Below are positions 1 through 11,600 of a stretch of 64,000 nucleotides of DNA, one piece after another. The notes beneath the pieces are model-generated. The model did no database searches. It had not been told where the DNA came from and worked only from the letters and a program-made list of their open reading frames with translations. Source of the stretch: Convolutriloba macropyga. Its lineage: Eukaryota. Numbering within the stretch: position 1 is the first letter of the stretch; each line of letters begins with the position of its first letter. The translations under genes were made by a program, and so were the position numbers. The stretch covers positions 31,310,001-31,374,000 of the forward strand of contig NC_134472.1 of assembly GCF_964194025.1 (NCBI RefSeq). Direction: 5' to 3'.

Positions 1-449
1 CCTTGGATTTTGAGATATTTATTAGACAGCTTGTAAGTAATTAGCTGGTAAGTATTTAGGTGGTAAAGTAATTAGGTGGCGGGGAGTTTGTGTGATTTTC
101 ACAACCATAATTTTGTTTCAAATCCACTACCCTATGCATTCACTATAAAAAAGTTGATCCTCCACTCATCGGAAAAACAACGTCGGAAACAATTTCATGA
201 CAAGAAACTCCATCAAGCCACCAATAAGTGTTTCACTCCAAACCGTTTTGCAAACCTTAAATCCAAACAAGAAAAGGATATCTCGTGAAGAAAGCATACT
301 TTTCGTGCATATTATTGAGCATACTTTCTCTGTTAGATCGTAGGGAAAATTTTAAATACCAGTGTAGCCATGACTACACTAGACTAAAACAAAGAAAAAG
401 ATTCAAAAAGCACATGGATCCAGGAAGTATCGTAGAACGTATATATAAA

Positions 450-947
450 TAAAAGTATCGAAACAGCCACCCAATATCACCCGTTGACCCACTTGACGCA
501 CATAAAAATTAAGATTTAAATTGGCCGATTTGTTCTCTTAAGTGTCAAAAAGTGTTCTAAATTTCTAATTTGGCGTGCAGATCTTATGTTTAGATTCTAA
601 AACTATGCATAATTCAGCTTCTAAACTGAAATCTATTAAGCTTATTACTAATGTCAGCTAGCAATCACTCAACCTAATACACACTGACTTAATGACCGGG
701 GCTTTATCGGTTTATCCCGTTTCTTTTCATTTTGCTGTTTAAACATTGACCGTATTCACTACAATGCGAAATTCAATGAGTGAGAGAATTGAAAACCCAT
801 TTAATTGAAACAGTGAGTGAAGTAAGTCAAGAGTCAAACGTGAAAATCGTGACTTATGTAAAACGAAAAACGCGATCAAAAGGTAATGAGAATTTAAAAA
901 GGAGAGCGCAAAATAATAGCTGTTGAAAAACTGACGGCGGCTATTAA
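450..947 (-). mobile_element. old HINE (non-autonomous Helentron/DINE-1-like), type B
   Basis: Right end aataatagctg...ggcggctattaa (901-947) matches other type B termini; core motif gggctttatcggtttatcccgtttc at ~698; left end degenerate, coordinate approximate. Confidence 0.6.
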
Positions 948-1624
948 TAAGTGAACAAAAAGCAACCCAACTTAACTCAACAGAAAGTCATGGGATTCCT
1001 TCAAAAAAGTCTGAATATTGAAACAGTTATATTTTTCTTAACGTGGTACACAAATAGGAATGTTTATCACTGATAGATTATGGATTCGAAAATAGTTCTT
1101 CTGTTTTTTACCATGAATATCTGATTTTAAGCAGTTGCATTAATGACGCAAGTCTATAAGAATTTGCAAAAAATGTATAGTTTTATAAAAATAAACTAAT
1201 AATTTAAATGAACTGACTGACTCGGTGTTTTCGCTCCATTATATTAATAGCATGGACACAGAAAATTTGTCTGTCCTAATTCAAATGACTAGAAAAACTG
1301 CTGGACGAAAAACCAATCATATCATGACTTCAAAGGACAACTGACTTTATTTCTTGACCACTGAAAATCTGAAAAGAATCAACGAAAAAAATAATTGGGT
1401 TTAAACTTTACCCAACAGTAGAAATAACTGAGATATATGGATATCAAATTTCAGAAAAATTATTGTAATAATTGGCAACCTCCTCATACCTCTCTCTAAA
1501 TTTTAAGGATTAATAAAATTTACCATTGAGGAACTTACAGGGAAACAAAGTAAAGAACGCTGGAACTAATTAATTTTGCTTCATTTCTCTGAGTTAAAAC
1601 CATAAGGACAAAACTAACGTCACC

Positions 1625-2130
1625 CAAACCAACGTAACGTCGCAAGAATTGCTCTCGAAAAAGTTGACACCAATTTCGACGCATTTTTCATTTGACTTTC
1701 GGTAGTAAGCCCCCCGCCACTTGAGTTCAGCTGCTTAAAATTCTGAATAAGAGCAAACTTTAAATCACGCAAACGGAAAAAGCCAAGGGCGCAAAAGCCA
1801 CTCGAAAAGTCAAATCGGTCAAGCAAAAGTTTTTGCATTAAAAACATAGCCGGCAGAATACTGGAAACAACTCGAAGCGTCGTGCATTATAACCTCTAAC
1901 CTAACCTTACCGAAATCAGAATCAAAATAGACACGGGGGAAAAAAAAGTAGCCCAATAAAACACAAAAGAGTATTTTATAAAATGCAGACGCAATTTTTC
2001 AGTTCAAGAGGCTTGGGGTAAGTGGGGGTAGTTGCGGCGATAAAACCTGTAGAATACCAATACTCCTCTTCGAGTCGTAAAAAGACCAACACGTTTACAA
2101 TTGCTTCAAACTTCGTTCGAGAGCAATTAA
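1625..2130 (-). mobile_element. HINE type A (subTIR AATTGCTCTC) carrying a nested type C element
   Basis: Left: degenerate palindrome then gaattgctctcgaa; right: aattgcttcaaacttcgttcgagagcaattaa (inverted repeat plus subTIR). Confidence 0.72.
1841..2080 (-). mobile_element. HINE type C (subTIR ACRACTCGAAG) nested in type A
   Basis: aaacatag-ccggcagaatactgg (imperfect palindrome)-aaacaactcgaag ... cttcgagtcgtaaa; interrupts gcattaaaa^aagacc, which is intact in the A copy at ~14934. Confidence 0.6.
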
Positions 2131-2143
2131 TCACTCGAATATC

Positions 2144-5100
2144 AAAACATACCCGGCAGATTGCCGGAAAACAGCCGCCGTTGATTCCAATAAGCATGAT
2201 TGGGATTGAAAGAAAAGAAGATATTGAAAAAAAAATATATTTTTGTACAAAAACATTTCTTAAGTCCCATTTTTTTGAAGGCATTTCGTAGTTGAACATA
2301 CTTCTGTTTCTAAGAGAGAGGCTACAGGGTTACTATCAATACCAATAAGCATTAGAGATTGTAACTAGGACTTATAGGAAAGACGTTCAAATAGCGGGCA
2401 TCTAAAATTGAGCTTTATGGGTTTATTCCGTTTGTATTTCTGACTTCAATTTTTTATGCTGACTCTGTTCATTTTGAATTGCTTTGCTGAGCAACTGATG
2501 TTCAAAATCACTTTTAGCAGAATGAGAGGAGAGAAACTAGCCTAGAGAAGTCAAAAATATTTCACGCAAAATGTTGAAAAAGCGGCAAAATGAGGTATAG
2601 CAAAACATCTTTTTGTTCGACGAAGTAAAAAACATAGCAGGACAAGTCCTGACGTACAATTCAAAGAATTTTCATTGACCAAACAAAAAACTAGACCTAG
2701 AACGGACTGAGTGAATAACGAAAACCATTTTTTAAAAAAAATCAGATAAACATACCCGGCAGATTGCCGGAAAATAGCCGCCATTGATTCCAATAAGCAT
2801 GGTTAGGATTGAAAGTATAGAAGAAATTTAAAAAGAGATTTTTTGTACAAAAACATTTTTTAAGTCCAATTTATTTTGATGGCATTTCGTAGTTGAACAT
2901 ACTTCTGTTTCTTAGAGAGAGGCTACAGGGTTACTATCAATACCAATAAGCATTAGAGATTGTTACCAAGACTTATAGGGACGATGTTCAAATAGCGGGC
3001 ATCTAAAATTGGGCTTTATGGGTTTATCCCGTTTCTACTTCTGACTTCAATTTTTTATACTAACTCTGTTCATTTTGAATTGCTTTGCTGAGCAACTGAT
3101 GTTCAAAATCACTTTTAGCAGAATGAGAGAAGAGAGAAACTAGCCTGGAGAAGTCAAAAAGATTTCACGCAAAATGTTGAAAAAGCGGCAAAGTGAGGTA
3201 AAGCGAAACATTTTTTTTCGACGAAGTAAAAAACATAGCAGGACAAGTGCTGACGTACAATTCAAAGAATTTTCATTGACCAAACAAAAAACTAGACCTA
3301 GAACGGACTATGAGTGAATAAGGAAAACCATTTCTTAAAAAAATCAGATAAACAAACCCGGCAGATTGCCGGAAAATAGCCGCCATTGATTCCAATAAGC
3401 ATGATGGGGATTGAAAGAATAGAACATATTGAAAAAAAAAGATTTTTGTACAAAAACATTTTTTAAGTCCCATTTTTTTGAAGGCATTTCGTAGTTGAAC
3501 ATACTTCTGTTTCTTAGAGAGAGATTACAGGGGCTACTATCAATACCAATAGGCATTAGAGAAAGGTAACTAATACTTATAGGAACGACGTTCAAATAGC
3601 GGGCATCTAAAATTGGGCTTTATGGGTTTATACCGTTTCTACTTCTGACTTCAATTTTTTTATACTGACTCTGTTCATTTTGAATTTCTTTGCTGAGCAA
3701 CTGATGTTCAAAATCACTTTTAGCAGAATGAGAGAAGAGAGAAACTAGCCTAGAGAAGTCAAAAAGATTTCACGCAAAAGGTAGAAAAAGCGGCAAAATG
3801 AGGTAAAGCAAAACATTTTTTTGTTCGACGAAGTAAAAAACATAGCAGGACAAGTCCTGACGTACAATTCAAAGAATTTTCATTGACCAAACAAAAAACT
3901 AGACCTAGAACGGACTATGAGTGAATAAGGAAAACCATTTCTAAAAAATCAGATAAACAAACCCGGCAGATTGCCGGAAAATAGACGCCTTGATTCCAAT
4001 AAGCATGATTGGGATTGGAAGAATAGAAGATATTGAAAAAAAAGTTAAGTCCGATTTATTTTGATGGCATTTCGTAGTCGAACATCCTTCTGTTTCTTAG
4101 AGAGAGGCTACAGGGTTACTATCAATACCAATAAGCATTAGAGATTGTAACTAAGACTTATAGGAACGATGTCCAAATAGCGGGCATCTAAAATTGGACT
4201 TTATGGGTTTATACCGTTTCTACTTCTGACTTCAATTTTTTATACTAACTCTGTTCATTTTGAATTTCTTTGCTGAGCAACTGATGTTCAAAATCACTTT
4301 TAGCAGAATGAGAGAAGAGAGAAACTAGCCTAGAGAAGTCAAAAAGATTTCACGCAAAATGTAGAAAAAGCGGCAAAATGAGGTAAAGCAAAACTTTTTT
4401 TTGTTCGACGAAGTAAAAAACATAGCAGGACAAGTCCTGACGTACAATTCAAAGAATTTTCATTGACCAAACAAAAAACTAGACCTAGAACGGACTATGA
4501 GTGAATAAGGAAAACCATTTCTAAAAAAAATCAGATAAACAAACCCCGCAGATTGCCGGAAAATAGCCGCCATTGATTCCAATAAGCATGATGGGGATTG
4601 AAAGAATTGAAGATATTGAAAAAAAAAGATTTTTGTACAAAAACATTTTTTAAGTCCCATTTTTTTGAAGGCATTTCGTAGTTGAACATACTTCTGTTTC
4701 TTAGAGAGAGGCTACAGGGGCTACTATCAATACCAATAGGCATTAGAGAGAGTTAACTAATACTTATAGGAACGACGTTCAAATAGCGGGCATCTAAAAT
4801 TGGGCTTTATGGGTTTATACCGTTTCTACTTCTGACTTCAATTTTTTTATACTGACTCTGTTCATTTTGAATTTCTTTGCTGAGCAACTGATGTTCAAAA
4901 TCACTTTTAGCAGAATGAGAGAAGAGAAACTAGCCTAGAGAAGTCAAAAAGATTTCACGCAAAAGGTAGAAAAAGCGGCAAAATGAGGTAAAGCAAAACA
5001 TTTTTTTGTTCGACGAAGTAAAAAACATAGCAGGACAAGTCCTGACGTACAATTCCAAGAATTTTCATTGACCAAACAAAAAACTAGACCTAGAACGGAC

Positions 5101-7419
5101 TATGAGTGAATAAGGAAAACCATTTCTAAAAAATCAGATAAACAAACCCGGCAGATTGCCGGAAAATAGACGCCTTGATTCCAATAAGCATGATCAGGAT
5201 TGGAAGAATAGATATTGAAAAAAAAGTTGAGTCCGATTTATTTTGATGGCATTTCGTAGTCGAACATCCTTCTGTTTCTTAGAGAGAGGCTACAGGGTTA
5301 CTATCAATACCAATAAGCATTAGAGATTGTAACTAAGACTTATAGGAACGATGTCCAAATAGCGGGCATCTAAAATTGGACTTTATGGGTTTATACCGTT
5401 TCTACTTCTGACTTCAATTTTTTATACTGACTCTGTTCATTTTGAATTTCTTTGCTGAGCAACTGATGTTCAAAATCACTTTTAGCAGAATGAGAGAAGA
5501 GAGAAACTAGCCTAGAGAAGTCAAAAAGATTTCACGCAAAATGTAGAAAAAGCGGCAAAATGAGGTAAAGCAAAACTTTTTTTTGTTCGACGAAGTAAAA
5601 AACATAGCAGGACAAGTCCTGACGTACAATTCAAAGAATTTTCATTGACCAAACAAAAAACTAGACCTAGAACGGACTATGAGTGAATAAGGAAAACCAT
5701 TTCTTAAAAAAAATCAGATAAACAAACCCGGCAGATTGCCGGAAAATAGCCGCCATTGATTCCAATAAGCATGATTAGGATTGGAAGAATAGATAATGAA
5801 AAAAAAAAGATTTTTTGTACAAAAAAATTTTTTAAGTCCGATTTATTTTGATGGCATTTCGTAGTTGAACATACTTCTGTTTCTTAGAGAGAGGCTACAG
5901 GGGCTACTATCAACACCAATAAGCATTAGAGGTGGTAACTAAGCCTTATAGGAACGACGTTCAAATAGCGGGCATCTAAAATTGGGCTTTATGGGTTTAT
6001 CCCGTTTCTGTTTCTGACTTCAATTTTTTTATACTGACTCTGTTCATTTTGAATTTCTTTGCTGAGCAACTGATGTTCAAAATCACTTTTAGCAGAAAGA
6101 GAGAAGAGAGAAACTAGCCTAGAGAAGTCAAAAGATTTCACGCAAAAGGTAGAAAAAGCGGCAAAATGAGGTAAAGCAAAACATTTTTTTGTTCGACGAA
6201 GTAAAAAACATAGCAGGACAAGTCCTGACGTACAATTCAAAGAATTTTCATTGACCAAACAAAAAACTAGACCTAGAACGGACTATGAGTGAATAAGGAA
6301 AACCATTTCTAAAAAATCAGATAAACAAACCCGGCAGATTGCCGGAAAATAGACGCCTTGATTCCAATAAGCATGATTAGGATTGGAAGAATAGATATTG
6401 AAAAAAAAGTTGAGTCCGATTTATTTTGATGGCATTTCGTAGTCGAACATCCTTCTGTTTCTTAGAGAGAGGCTACAGGTTTACTATCAATACCAATAAG
6501 CATTAGAGGTGGTAACTAAGCCTTATAGGAACGACGTTCAAATAGCGGGCATCTAAAATTGGGCTTTATGGGTTTATCCCGTTTCTGTTTCTGACTTCAA
6601 TTTTTTTATACTGACTCTGTTCATTTTGAATTTCTTTGCTGAGCAACTGATGTTCAAAATCACTTTTAGCAGAAAGAGAGAAGAGAGAAACTAGCCTAGA
6701 GAAGTCAAAAAGATTTCACGCAAAAGGTAGAAAAAGCGGCAAAATGAGGTAAAGCAAAACATTTTTTTGTTCGACGAAGTAAAAAACATAGCAGGACAAG
6801 TCCTGACGTACAATTCAAAGAATTTTCATTGACCAAACAAAAAACTAGACCTAGAACGGACTATGAGTGAATAAGGAAAACCATTTCTAAAAAATCAGAT
6901 AAACAAACCCGGCAGATTGCCGGAAAATAGACGCCTTGATTCCAATAAGCATGATTAGGATTGGAAGAATAGAAGATATTGAAAAAAAAGTTGAGTCCGA
7001 TTTATTTTGATGGCATTTCGTAGTTGAACATACTCCTGTCTCTCAGTGAGAGGCTACAGGGTCTAGTATCAAAACCAATAAGCATTATAGATAGTAAATA
7101 AAACTTATGAGAACAAAGTTCAAGTACCGGGCATTTAAAAATGGGCTTTATGGGTTTATCCCGTTTCTATTTCTGACTTTGATTTTTTTTATACTGACTC
7201 TATTCATTTTGAATTGCTTTGCTGAGTAGCTGCTGTTTGAAAGCGCTTTGAGCAGAATGAGAAAAGAGTGAAACTAGCCTAGAGAAGTCAAAAAGATTTC
7301 ACTCAAAATGTAGAAAAAGCGGCAAAATGAGGTAAAGCAAAACATTTTTTTATTCGACGAAGTAAAAAAAAAATAGGAGCGCTATAATAGCCGGCTGAGA
7401 AGATGAGGGCGGCTATTAA
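2144..7419. repeat. tandem array, 9 units of ~578-605 bp (last one shorter), each starting with a HINE terminus
   Basis: Palindrome ccggcagattgccgg recurs at about 2153, 2756, 3358, 3963, 4545, 5148, 5728, 6331 and 6909; units are highly similar. Confidence 0.97.
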
Positions 7420-7589
7420 AAAACTTAAAACAAAAACAGAAAATTATTGTCAAAAGGCCGCATGTGGACAAAAAACCACTAGCTAGAAATGGAAATTTGG
7501 TTGAAACAAAAAACTAGGCTTAGAATGAACTATGAATGGATTGGTAAAACCATTTGAAAAATCCGATCCAAAAAATGTGAACAGATCTT

Positions 7590-8090
7590 AAACATAGCTG
7601 GCAGATTGCCAGAAAATAGCCGCAATAGATTCGTAGATCGGCAGTCTCAAAAAAAACTGTAAAAAAGACAGACCAAAATTTGTCTTTTCATTGAAGGCTG
7701 ATCTGTTATATTTTGATTAAAAATCTGTATAAGTTATTGCTGCCTCTATTACCTGATCTCAAATAACCTTCATTTAGAGTGACACACACCCATTTGACCT
7801 TATCTCTTTGAATTAAATTAAATAAAAGTCAATTTCAAAGTGAGGAAGTCATTTTTGAGAGAGGTAAATCAAGTGTGACCAAAAATTTAATCACGCGAAT
7901 GAACAAAAAAGCTCGCTCCACTAAGAACGAAAAATGACGTCAGGCATGCAATTCAGTTGAATTTGCATGAACGAATGAACAAAGTGGCTGTGACGTCATA
8001 TGGTCGTAACAAAAATCATGACGACGAAATAAACAAAAAAAACAAGAGAAGGCCAATAATAGCCCCAGCTATGGCTGTGCGGCTATTTAA
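7590..8090 (-). mobile_element. HINE type B variant inserted into another B element
   Basis: Both termini present (ctggcagattgccag-aaaatagccgc ... aatagccccagctatggctgtgcggctatttaa); empty site gaacagatctttaaaaaaacagcgcccc at 12787-12814. Confidence 0.85.
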
Positions 8091-8185
8091 AAAAAGACAG
8101 CGCCCCAATACAATTCAAATTCTTTGAATTGTAAAAAAATAGGAGCGCTATAATAGCCGGCTGAGAAGATGAGGGCAGCTATTAA

Positions 8186-8295
8186 TCAAGGAATGAAAAA
8201 ATAGTTTGGAACAAAATGGTCAACAAAACAAATTTTGCACAAAGAAACACATTCGACTGCAACAATTGTCGCAAACTTCGTTCAAGAGCACTTAA
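8186..8295 (-). mobile_element. terminal fragment of HINE type A
   Basis: aattgtcgcaaacttcgttcaagagcacttaa plus A-type subterminal sequence; partner end not identified. Confidence 0.55.
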
Positions 8296-8383
8296 TCAGT
8301 AACATTCTGCCGAGGAAAATTAAGTACGACACAAAATTGTTGCATCTCAGAGTGGCGTTTAAATTTCTTTGAAACAAAAATAT

Positions 8384-8389
8384 TTTATT
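8384..8389 (-). promoter_or_regulatory. candidate polyadenylation signal (AATAAA) of the C7orf25 homolog
   Basis: AATAAA on the minus strand ~56 nt after the stop codon and before the HINE end at ~8295. AT-rich context makes a chance match possible. Confidence 0.4.
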
Positions 8390-8444
8390 TTAAACAAATA
8401 AATGATATGACATTCCTGACAAACAAAAATCTTTAATTTAAATA

Positions 8445-8618
8445 TCAATTTGTGCTTTGCTCAGCATATTCGCAAAGATAGCACGAGCAACTTTTGCTAC
8501 TCGATTGTGCGTTGAACTCAGGTGGCAAAACTTCTGATTGAGAACTCTTCACGGCAGTTGCCTCCTTCTGTTCAGTTAAAGCCCTTGCCACGTGTGCAAA
8601 TACAGGAAAGTAAATTCC
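8445..8618 (-). CDS. C7orf25: C7orf25 homolog last coding exon
   Basis: Acceptor gtattgcag|, GIYFPVFAHVARALTEQKEA...QSTN then TGA; 174 nt. Confidence 0.92.
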   Translation of the reverse strand, partial: GIYFPVFAHVARALTEQKEATAVKSSQSEVLPPEFNAQSSSKSCSCYLCEYAEQSTN

Positions 8619-11600
8619 CTGCAATACAAAATATAACGTTAAATTAGAGATCAGTTCACTAAATTGAATTGCAAAAACAACCAAGTGAAAAGAAATCAGT
8701 TATTTAAATTGAAGCTATCTCTTCAAACATATAATACAGCTCTTAAAATACAATATTTAAACCTGTTCAATAACTATGCCCTCCACTGATCAGTCTCCAG
8801 CAATTAGCTGCTCCAAAAACAATTTAATTTTGAATCATTTTAAAATTGAATCTTTTGTAGAAGAACTACATTTTGTATTTGTTTATGTTTATAATGGTCC
8901 AATCTTACCATTTGGCGCATAGACCTGATGCATGACAAGTTGGATGTGACCGTGACTGCTTTCATCTCAAATCCGGTGCCGAATATCACCTGAAAGAAAG
9001 CACATTCGTATTCCCTCTCAATTTGCAATCCATATTACGTCAGTCGATACCCCTTCTTGCTTATAATGAAAAGTTTTTAGTTCATTCTGTAGTCAGTAGT
9101 AAAGGCACAACAAAGCGCGGTAACGTAACGACATCAATGTCATGTAAAAACTAAACTACCCGGGTTGAGATGTCAGCGCCGTTTTAGCCCATTTTTCTGT
9201 AAGAAATGCGCTGAAGGCGTTGACATTATACAAGAAATCCGCTGCCTGCGCTGAAATTTTGAGCATGCGCTTAACCTTTGAAGTTTCAGCAAAACTTCGA
9301 CAAGTTTTGTACATAAATTCAGCGTATTTTTAGCACATTTCCTAAACAAATTTTAACACCTTTTGCAGCGCCTTTCTTAGCAAGTTTCAGTGCATCCCTC
9401 TCAAAAATTCAGCGCCCTTCAACGCATCTCACACAGTTTCAGTGGATTTCAGCGTATTATTTTGCAGGTTTCTTGCGCCGTAAATCTTTCAACATAATCC
9501 GATGTTATATTAATTATCCACATTTTTGAAAGAAATGTGCTGAAAAACGTTGAATTTTCAGCGCATTTCATACCTAATTTTAGCGCATTTCCTACAAAAC
9601 GGTTCATTAATATAAAATCAAATTAAAACATAACCGGCAGGTTGCCGGAAAATAGCCGCCGTTGATTCCCATAACTCAATTGGGATTGAAAGAAAAGAAA
9701 TGAAAAAAATTGATTTCCGTAGAAAATTATTTTTAAAGTGCGATTTATTTTGATGTCATTTCGTAGTTGAACATACTCCTGTCTCTCAGTGAGAGGCTAC
9801 AGGGTCTAGTATCAAAACCAATAAGCATTATAGATAGTAAATAAAACTTATGAGAACAAAGTTCAAGTACCGGGCATCTAAAAATGGGCTTTATGGGTTT
9901 ATCCCGTTTCTATTTCTGACTTTGATTTTTTTTATACTGACTCTATTCATTTTGAATTGCTTTGCTGAGCAGCTGCTGTTTAAAAGCACTTTGAGCAGAA
10001 TGGGAGAAGAGTGAAACTAGTCTAGAGAAGTCAAAAAGATTTCACGCAAAATGTCGAAAAAGCGGCAAAAATTAGGTAAAGCAAAACAAAAAAACAAAGC
10101 AGGCCAAGTCCTGACGTACAATTCAAAGAATTTTCATTGACTAAACAAAAAACTAGACCTAGAGCGGACCATGAGTGAATTGGGAAAACCCTTTCTAAAA
10201 AATCAGATAAAAACAAAAAAATCAATGTCAAAATGCTGCTAGCGCGAAAAAACCATTAGCGAGAACTGTAAATTTGATTCTAACAAAAAACTAGGCGTAG
10301 AATGAAAAGTGAATGGATTGGGAAGAGCATTTAGAAAAAATCCGATCCTGAATGTGCTGAAATTTTGAGCATCTGCTTAACCTTTGAAGTGTCAGCAAAA
10401 CTTCGACAAGTTTTTTTAAAAAAAGTTCAGGGTATTTTCAGCACATTTGCTAAACAAATTTTAACACCTTGAGCAGCGCCTTTCTTAGCAAGTTTCAGTG
10501 CATCCCTCTCAAAAGTTCAGCGCCCTTCAACGCATCTCACACAGTTTCAGTGGATTTCAGCGTATTATTTTGCAGGTTTCTTGCGCCGTAAATCCTTCAA
10601 CATAATCCGATGTTATATTAATTATCCATATTTTTGAAAGAAATGTGCTGAAAAACGTTGAATTTTCAGCGCATTTCATACCTAATTTTAGCGCATTTCC
10701 TACAAAACGGTTCATTAATATAAAATCAAATTAAAACATAACCGGCAGGTTGCCGAAAAATAGCCGCCGTTGATTCCCATAACTCAATTGGGATTGAAAG
10801 AAAATGAAAAAAATTGATTTCCGTAGAAAATTATTTTTAAAGTGCGATTTATTTTGATGTCATTTCGTAGTTGAACAAACTCCTGTCTCTCAGTGAGAGG
10901 CTACAGGGTCTAGTATCAAAACCAATAAGCATTATAGATAGTAAATAAAACTTATGAGAACAAAGTTCAAGTACCGGGCATCTAAAAATGGGCTTTATGG
11001 GTTTATCCCGTTTCTATTTCTGACTTTGATTTTTTTTGTACTGACTCTCTTCATTTTGAATTGCTTTGCTGAGCAGCTGCTGTTTAAAAGCACTTTGAGC
11101 AGAATGAGAGAAGAGTGAAACTAGTCTAGAGAAGTCAAAAAGATTTCACGCAAAATGTCGAAGAAGCGGCAAAAATGAGGTAAAACGAAACAATAAAAAA
11201 CATAGCAGGACAAGTCCTGACGTACAATTCAAATAATTTTCATTGACTAAACAAAAAACTAGACCTAGAGCGGACCATGAGTGAATTGAGAAAACCCTTT
11301 TTAAAAAATCAGATAAAAATTTTAAAAAGTCCATGTCAAAATGCTGCTAGCGCGAACAAAAAACCATTAGCGCGAACTGTAAATTTGATTCTAACAAAAA
11401 ACTAGGCGTAGAATGAAAAGTGAATGGATTGGGAAGACCATTTAGAAAAAATCCGGTCCTGAATGTGCTGAAATTTTGAGCATGTGCTTACCTCTGAAGT
11501 GTCAGCAAAACTTCGACCAGTTTTTTTAAAAAAAATTCAGCGTATTTTCAGCACATTTCCTGAACAAATTTTAACACCTTTTGCAGCGCCTTTCTTAGCA

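Larger units (their letters stand above)
2144..8185 (-). mobile_element. composite nested HINE type B (subTIR AATAGCCGC)
   Basis: Left end aaaacata-c-ccggcagattgccgg-aaaacagccgcc; right ends aatagccggctgagaagatgagggcRgctattaa at 7419 (inner) and 8185 (outer). Confidence 0.8.

Noticed and set aside
8763-9070. Mini-exons at ~8763-8807 and ~9040-9070
   Set aside because: The first has stops in all three frames and the second shows no similarity to the homolog; neither is needed for a continuous protein.
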